DNA of 64,000 nucleotides from Gemmatimonadota bacterium (GTDB lineage: Bacteria > JBHIER01 > G020348925), in NCBI GenBank assembly GCA_020348925.1, contig CP070758.1:4231688-4295687 (forward strand). The letters run 5' to 3'. Made by a program: the position numbers and the translations under genes. The notes under the pieces are model-generated. The model was given only the letters and a program-made list of their open reading frames with translations. It searched no databases and was not told the DNA's origin. Below, one piece after another: positions 58,146-64,000 of the stretch (position 1 is its first letter; each line of letters begins with the position of its first letter).

Positions 58146-58370
58146 ATGGCTGAATCGAGCCAGAGTGAACCGAAGCGCTTGTATCGCTCCCAAAAAAATC
58201 GGAGACTGTTCGGTGTGTGCGGTGGTATTGGTGAGTACTTCAACATTGATCCTGTCATCGTCCGTTTGTTGTGGATCCTCTTCACGCTGGCCGGTGGCGG
58301 AGGGATCATTGCTTACATCGTCGCCTGTTTCATCGTCCCGGAACAGCAGCACCACGAGCCGTCCTCATAA
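58146..58370 (+). CDS. pspC: PspC domain protein
   Basis: KRLYRS..RRLFGVCGGIGEYFNIDPVIVRLLW..YIVA..IVP; aaggagg RBS. Confidence 0.92.
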   Translation: MAESSQSEPKRLYRSQKNRRLFGVCGGIGEYFNIDPVIVRLLWILFTLAGGGGIIAYIVACFIVPEQQHHEPSS

Positions 58371-58423
58371 GGCGCGGTCAGATCATTTGTATCACGTTTT
58401 GAGGTGAAGCTTGTGGAGAGCGT

Positions 58424-59401
58424 ATGTTTTTAGACGAGGTAACCATTTTCGTGAAAGCCGGCCGGGGTGGTGACGGGTGTGTCAGTTTCAGAAGGGAAAA
58501 GCATGTCCCGCGCGGCGGGCCTGACGGGGGCGACGGAGGACGCGGTGGTCATGTGATCTTTGAAGTGAATCCCCACCTGCATACGCTACTCGATCTGCGG
58601 TACAAACAGTACTACTCGGCAGGCCGGGGATCGCACGGTATGGGGAAAAAGATGCACGGACGAAACGGCGATGACGCCGTCATTTGTGTGCCACCCGGAA
58701 CAACCGTCACCGACGCGGAGTCAGACAAGACCATTGCTGAGCTGACGAAGCCGGGACAACGAAAGATCGTGGCCCTTGGTGGGAAAGGAGGAAGAGGAAA
58801 TGCCCACTTCGCAACGTCCACGAACCGCACGCCGCGTGTGTGTGAGGAAGGCGTTGCAGGGCAAGAGCTTACTCTTCAAGTGGAACTGAAGCTGATGACC
58901 GATGTCGGTTTGGTGGGCCTTCCCAACGCGGGCAAATCGACTCTTCTGGCCAGACTCTCCGCCGCCCGCCCCAAAATCGCGGATTACCCCTTCACGACAC
59001 TGCAGCCACACTTGGGAATTGTTCGAAGAGGTGAATATCAGTCCTTCGTCATGGCCGATATCCCCGGCTTGATCGAAGGTGCCCACAAGGGCAGGGGCCT
59101 GGGAACCCGGTTTCTCCGTCACATCGAACGGACAGAGGTGCTCGTCTTTCTGCTCGATTGTGCCAGTTCAGATGTCACCCGAGATTTGAAAACGTTGCAG
59201 AAAGAATTAGGCTGTTTCAATCCGAAGCTTTTGAAGAAAAAGAGAATTATAGCCATCACCAAAATAGATCTCTTAACCGAAAGAGAGCAATGTCCGGTCG
59301 TCGAAACGAATGACCGTGTTCCCGTTTGTCACATCTCCTCTGTGTCCGGCGAAGGATTGGATACGCTTCTGAAGGCTATTGATGTTCAATTAGAGAGGTG
59401 A
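58424..59401 (+). CDS. obgE: GTPase ObgE/CgtA
   Basis: AGRGGDGCVSFRREK..P.GGPDGGDGG, GLPNAGKS, IADYPFTT, DIPGLIEGA and TKID. Confidence 0.97.
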   Translation: MFLDEVTIFVKAGRGGDGCVSFRREKHVPRGGPDGGDGGRGGHVIFEVNPHLHTLLDLRYKQYYSAGRGSHGMGKKMHGRNGDDAVICVPPGTTVTDAESDKTIAELTKPGQRKIVALGGKGGRGNAHFATSTNRTPRVCEEGVAGQELTLQVELKLMTDVGLVGLPNAGKSTLLARLSAARPKIADYPFTTLQPHLGIVRRGEYQSFVMADIPGLIEGAHKGRGLGTRFLRHIERTEVLVFLLDCASSDVTRDLKTLQKELGCFNPKLLKKKRIIAITKIDLLTEREQCPVVETNDRVPVCHISSVSGEGLDTLLKAIDVQLER

Positions 59402-60498
59402 GGCCCTTGAGCGATCTCGAATCATGGTTACTCTTGAACTCAATTCCCGGTGTTGGCCCAACACGGTTTCGAGCGCTCTTGGGGAAATTCGGATCCCCGG
59501 AAGCTGTGCTCCAGGCCAAAGTCAAGGATCTTTTGTCCGTTCCAGGTATCGATGAACGCACCGTCCGGGCAATTGGCCTGAAGGGAGACCGGACGTTTGT
59601 CTCCAAGCAGCTGGAGCTCATTGAGAAGCACGGGGTAGACGTTGTAACATACAAGGACGAGGACTACCCTGAGAATTTAAAGGCGATCTACGATGCGCCT
59701 CCGGTTCTTTTCGTGCGGGGGGGATTCGAAGAGAGGGATGCGGGCGCTGTGGCCATAGTTGGTTCCCGGACTCCCAGCGATTACGGGAAACTCATTGCCC
59801 AAAGACTTGGACGGGAGCTGGCCGATCAGGGAATCACGGTCGTGAGCGGCATGGCACGGGGTATCGACACCATGGCCCATCGGAGCTGCCTGACCAGAGG
59901 TGGCCGGACGATTGCCGTTTTGGGCTGTGGAGTCGACATCGTCTATCCTTCAGAAAACAGGAGATTGATGGAAGAGATCACTAAATTGGGGGCCGTGGTT
60001 TCGGAGTTTCCCATGGAGGCAAAACCGGAAGGGGTCCACTTTCCGCGCCGAAACCGTATCATCAGCGGTCTCAGCTTAGGTGTTGTTGTCGTTGAGGCCG
60101 GAGAGAAAAGCGGAGCGCTTGTCACGGCCGAATTTGCTCTCAACCAGAACCGGGAGGTCTTTGCCGTTCCCGGACAGGTGACATCAATGCGCAGCCGGGG
60201 CACCAACAGACTCATCAAAGAGGGGGCCAAACTGGTTATGAGTGTTGAGGATGTGCTTGATGAGTTGGTTCCGGCAATGGACGCAAGCTTGAGGACAGGA
60301 CCAATCCGCATGCCTGAAATCCGTCTCTCCGAAACCGAGAAAAAAATCTATGAAGCCCTCTCCGAGACTCCCCTCCACATCGACGATATTGCCAAGCAGA
60401 CCCAGCTTTCCACATCGCAGGCACTCACCCTGTTGCTCTCCATGGAACTCAACGGAGCCGTGAAGCAGCTCTCAGGCAAGATGTTTGTCCGAGCCTAA
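59398..60498 (+). CDS. dprA: DNA-processing protein DprA
   Basis: YP..L..IYDAPPVLF, AIVGSR, VSGMARGID, SEFP, FPRRNRIISGLS, VVEAGEKSGAL, FAVPG and a C-terminal winged helix. Confidence 0.96.
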   Translation: MRPLSDLESWLLLNSIPGVGPTRFRALLGKFGSPEAVLQAKVKDLLSVPGIDERTVRAIGLKGDRTFVSKQLELIEKHGVDVVTYKDEDYPENLKAIYDAPPVLFVRGGFEERDAGAVAIVGSRTPSDYGKLIAQRLGRELADQGITVVSGMARGIDTMAHRSCLTRGGRTIAVLGCGVDIVYPSENRRLMEEITKLGAVVSEFPMEAKPEGVHFPRRNRIISGLSLGVVVVEAGEKSGALVTAEFALNQNREVFAVPGQVTSMRSRGTNRLIKEGAKLVMSVEDVLDELVPAMDASLRTGPIRMPEIRLSETEKKIYEALSETPLHIDDIAKQTQLSTSQALTLLLSMELNGAVKQLSGKMFVRA

Positions 60499-60781
60499 TT
60501 CCTGTTTCCTGGGCAGAACGCGTTCATCTCGTATTGTGATGTACTGTGACACCCTGGTTAGGGCTCATGTCCTTACTCTCTCCCTCACGGAATACATATT
60601 CGAGACCATCAGGAGGTCGGGCTGTTGTATCTTGCCCTTTTGCTCCTTGCATAACAAATGCAACACACACTGTTATGAAACGCATGGTCAATCCCTCGTG
60701 TTGACAGAAGTCCTGTACTTTTATAAATGCAAAGAGCAGTAATTATAGGGTGATTTGAAACGGAATGGAAATACCTTACTT

Positions 60782-62104
60782 TTACACTGACTCAATCCTC
60801 TCCAATCCACCCCCCTCGCGGACGTCGGCGCGCTTGAGGAGCAGGGCGAAGATGAGGCCGAAGAGGCCGAGGCTGGCGAACATAATCATGCTGCTGGTGT
60901 ACGTTTTTGTGATATCACGCAGCACACCATTCAACCACGGGAACAATCCCAACCCAAAATTCTGAATGGCCGTCATCAGTCCAAAGGCCGTGCCCACCCG
61001 CTCCTTTCGGACGATGAGCGGGACCGAGGGCCACATGGCGGCCGGGACGAGGACGAAAGCGGCGCCGAGCGTAATCATCGGGTAGACCGGGTAGATCTTG
61101 GTGACACCCATGAGCAGGTGGCTGGGGATCATGAGGAGCGACCCGAAAATCATCAGGGTGGCGCGCCTCCCGAATTTATCGACGAATCGTCCGGCGAAGG
61201 GAGCCAGGACCATGGAGGCAAAAATGATGATGGAGGAAATGCCTCCGGCCGTGCTGAACATGTGGAGAAAGTTATTGAAAATCTGATAGAAAAAGCCGCC
61301 CGTCGTCTCGGCAACCCGGGCGATGCCCCATTTGTCCGCGAAGAAATCGGTCGACAGGGCGGTAAATGGAAAGATGGCCGAGTAGAAGGTTACGCACAGC
61401 AGGACGACATACCAGTAGGATGGCTTGAAATCCTTAATATCCTTGAAGACGATCTTCTCTTCGGCGCCCTCGTCTTTCAACTTCAGGAGTCGCTCACCCC
61501 GGCGGTCCAGAATAATGTAGATCACATTGGCCGCCAGGGAGACGGCACAAAACAGAACCCCGGCAAAGAGCGCGTACCGGTAGTTCCCGAAATGGCTGGC
61601 GATCAATTCGCCCGTATTGAAGGTGAACAATGTCCCCAACCGACTCACGGTGAGAGAGATTCCAAAGGCGAGGGCCAGCTCCTTTCCCTTGAACCAGCGG
61701 GCCAGGATGGCGCTCTGGGCAACGATGAGGGGCTCAGAACCGGCACCGAAAATGAACCGGCCTAAAAAGAAAAGTGGAACACTGCTGCCAAGCCAGACCA
61801 CCACTTGACCCACAAAAACGAGCAGCGAAAAGATGAGGCTGGCCTTGCGGGTTCCCAACCGGTCGATGAGTATCCCCCCGATCAAAACAAGAAGAATGGC
61901 GGCGATGCTGTACATCGTATAGGAGGCACCTATGATCTCTCGCGTTCCCAACTCCTCTGACAGTGTCGGCGCAATGGCCCCGACAACGTCGTAAGCGAAA
62001 TAACTGCCGAAGGGGAGAAACGCGATGAAGGCCAGGATGATAAAACGATACAGCCCTCTCGAGGGATGAAAAACACTCACCTGTTCACCGGTCATTTCGG
62101 TCAT
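60782..62104 (-). CDS. MFS transporter, MFSD1-like
   Basis: GSYFAYD, GGILIDRLG, GRFIFGAGSE and WFKGKELALAFG; about 12 TM segments. Confidence 0.85.
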   Translation of the reverse strand: MTEMTGEQVSVFHPSRGLYRFIILAFIAFLPFGSYFAYDVVGAIAPTLSEELGTREIIGASYTMYSIAAILLVLIGGILIDRLGTRKASLIFSLLVFVGQVVVWLGSSVPLFFLGRFIFGAGSEPLIVAQSAILARWFKGKELALAFGISLTVSRLGTLFTFNTGELIASHFGNYRYALFAGVLFCAVSLAANVIYIILDRRGERLLKLKDEGAEEKIVFKDIKDFKPSYWYVVLLCVTFYSAIFPFTALSTDFFADKWGIARVAETTGGFFYQIFNNFLHMFSTAGGISSIIIFASMVLAPFAGRFVDKFGRRATLMIFGSLLMIPSHLLMGVTKIYPVYPMITLGAAFVLVPAAMWPSVPLIVRKERVGTAFGLMTAIQNFGLGLFPWLNGVLRDITKTYTSSMIMFASLGLFGLIFALLLKRADVREGGGLERIESV

Positions 62105-62274
62105 GATTCTTTATCCTTTCCGTTGAACAATTCGAAATCACTCATTGAGGCTGAAGACTCTATACGGATTTCGTTTCCAGAGACTTGCTTATAAATTTTG
62201 GAGAATATACGGAGTTGTTTTGAGAATTCAAAAGGAAAAATCGAGTCGATTTCAAGATGCTTCCATTCCTTTTC

Positions 62275-62360
62275 TGTGATTTCGAATCCAGAGTCAAAGT
62301 CCGGAGGAGAGATCTTGATGTGGTAAAGATACAGATTTCTCGGTTTCGCTCGAAATGACA
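62275..62360. repeat. TGTCATTTCGAGCG-type palindromic intergenic element
   Basis: tgtgatttcga..gagagatct ... agatttctcggtttcgctcgaaatgaca inverted ends. Confidence 0.55.
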
Positions 62361-62430
62361 CCTGGGGTAATAGCGGGTCGAATGGATTCTGCTCGGAACG
62401 ATATATTGTCCGGAGAAAAGAATTCCCTAC

Positions 62431-63051
62431 TCATCGATCGCTCAAAGAACGGCTTTTCTTTAAATGGTCGATGATCTCGTCACACGTGAGAATGTAAGCG
62501 AACCCGAAGGCAAGATTTCTCAGGGTTGCCAGATGGTAGTCATCCCCGGCCGTGGCCGTACCGTCGGCCAAGAAAAAGACCCGAAAATCGCGAACAAAGG
62601 CGTCCCGGGCCGTTGTCTCGCAGCAGAGATTTGTCATGACCCCGGAGACGAGGAGGTCTTTCACGCCGACGGTTTTTAAATGATGTTCGAGGTCGGTATC
62701 GTAAAAAGCGCTGTAACGATTTTTTGCAATAATCTTCTCCGCAGGCTGTGGTTCGATTTCCCTGAGGATGTGCGCCCCTCGTGTTCCCTTGATAATCAGA
62801 TCACCCCACCACTCCCCAAGCATCCCGCCGTCCTGAGACGGATCTTCGTGCCCGTGTTGCGTGTAGATCACAGGTATATTGGAATCGCGGCACACTGAAA
62901 TAAGATTATCAAGATCAGGAATAATATCTGTGACCATGGATCGAAAATATTCCTGCATATCGACGACGAGCAGGGCTGTGTGATCCGGTGACGGCAGAGC
63001 CTGCCGCCATGTGGCCTCGGGAATTAATTTTAGGAGTTCCTGTCGGTCCAT
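62431..63051 (-). CDS. Isochorismatase-family cysteine hydrolase (nicotinamidase-like)
   Basis: ALLVVDMQEYF (Asp), KNRYSAF (Lys) and GVMTNLCCETTARDA (Cys) triad; start uncertain. Confidence 0.88.
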   Translation of the reverse strand: MDRQELLKLIPEATWRQALPSPDHTALLVVDMQEYFRSMVTDIIPDLDNLISVCRDSNIPVIYTQHGHEDPSQDGGMLGEWWGDLIIKGTRGAHILREIEPQPAEKIIAKNRYSAFYDTDLEHHLKTVGVKDLLVSGVMTNLCCETTARDAFVRDFRVFFLADGTATAGDDYHLATLRNLAFGFAYILTCDEIIDHLKKSRSLSDR

Positions 63052-63299
63052 TTTCGATGAGATTGGTTCTGTTGCCAATAGAGCCTAAAATGATTTGGTT
63101 GGAGTGAAACGATTTATCGTTTCAATGTACGGCAATGATACATCATTGCACTCTCAAAGATACTCCCCGGTTGAGACACTGAGCCCTGTATTCACTTTTT
63201 GCTTCTCGCTCCCAAATTCTCTCGCTGCAAAAAAAAATTTTCCTTTTGAACTCCCTTTGCGGCTGTCCGCGGACATGGATAGACACTGTCTTAACATTT

Positions 63300-64000
63300 T
63301 TATTTGTCAGCTTCGTACACGACCTCCCCACCAACAACAGTCATGAGGACTTCAGTATTCAGTATTTCTCCCGCCGGAACCTCGAAGATATCTTTCGACA
63401 GGACCACAAGGTCGGCCAGTTTTCCCACCTCCAGTGAACCCTTGATATCCTCCTCAAAGGCTCCATAGGCCGCATCAAGGGTGAAGCCTTTGACCGCTTC
63501 ATACACCGAAAGTTTTTGCTCCGGATACCAGCCTCCTTTTGGCCAGCCCTGATGGTCCTGGCGGGTCACGGCGGCGTAAATGCCCCACAGGGGATTGGGC
63601 GATTCCACGGGAAAATCGGACCCAAAGGGAATTCTGACGCCGGTATCTAAAAAGCTTCGCCAGGCATAGGCCCCCTTGATCCGCTCAGAACCGACGCGGT
63701 CTTCAGCCCAATACATGTCGGAGGTGGCATGGGCGGGTTGCATCGAGGGAATGATTCCCAACGTGGCAAAGCGGGGAATATCATTCAACGACACAATCTG
63801 GGCATGTTCGATCCGGAATCGATGATTATCCTTGGTGTTCTCCTTCAACGCTCGTTCGTAGGCGTCGAGCACCAAACGATTGGCATGATCACCAATGGCA
63901 TGAGTACAGACCTGAAAACCGCGACTGAGTGCTTCCCTGCAGATTTCATACATGCTATCCGAATCCGTGACAACCAATCCCCTATTGCCCGGATCGTCGC
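63300..64000 (-). CDS. YtcJ-like amidohydrolase, 3' part only (runs off the window)
   Basis: THAIGD, RIEHAQ, SMQPAH, GSDFPV and KGSLEVGKLADLVVL. Confidence 0.9.
   Translation of the reverse strand, partial: DDPGNRGLVVTDSDSMYEICREALSRGFQVCTHAIGDHANRLVLDAYERALKENTKDNHRFRIEHAQIVSLNDIPRFATLGIIPSMQPAHATSDMYWAEDRVGSERIKGAYAWRSFLDTGVRIPFGSDFPVESPNPLWGIYAAVTRQDHQGWPKGGWYPEQKLSVYEAVKGFTLDAAYGAFEEDIKGSLEVGKLADLVVLSKDIFEVPAGEILNTEVLMTVVGGEVVYEADK

Noticed and set aside
60650-60680. GCATAAC...GTTATGA attC-like core pair
   Set aside because: It spans only about 30 bp, well below attC length, and has no cassette context.

Overview
A 64-kb chromosomal segment from what looks like an anaerobic, Gram-negative, FCB-superphylum-type bacterium outside the classic Bacteroidota. 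This lineage call is inference: it rests on secreted proteins ending in QNYPNPFNP-type C-terminal sorting domains, a SprA homologue and strong AGGAGG Shine-Dalgarno sites. From start to end the window holds: a WYL gene next to operator-like palindromes; a decayed GYD gene fused to a PfkB kinase; a propeller-transglutaminase; tryptophanase; a TCA cluster (eukaryotic-type citrate synthase, aconitase, isocitrate dehydrogenase, mdh); an AmpG-like MFS; and a secreted DUF362-dockerin-CTD protein. Next comes an Lrp-led cluster of two PLP gamma-lyase-family enzymes, an ACT-less homoserine dehydrogenase and an aldehyde dehydrogenase, which is a candidate new homoserine-catabolic pathway. This is followed by rlmN, a mazF remnant, transketolase, and an AT-rich island of large secreted proteins bracketed by IS-like ends. 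The last part carries DUF362-ferredoxin plus AOR, an unannotated structured RNA candidate with its own promoter and terminator directly upstream of sprA, comEA-pilin-pilM-mini-pilN, rsmD-coaD, an ADP-forming acyl-CoA synthetase, pspC-obgE-dprA, an MFSD1-like transporter, an isochorismatase-family hydrolase and a partial amidohydrolase. Several REP-like palindrome families lie between genes. No rRNA, tRNA or CRISPR array was seen. All family calls come from motif recognition by eye; no searches were run.
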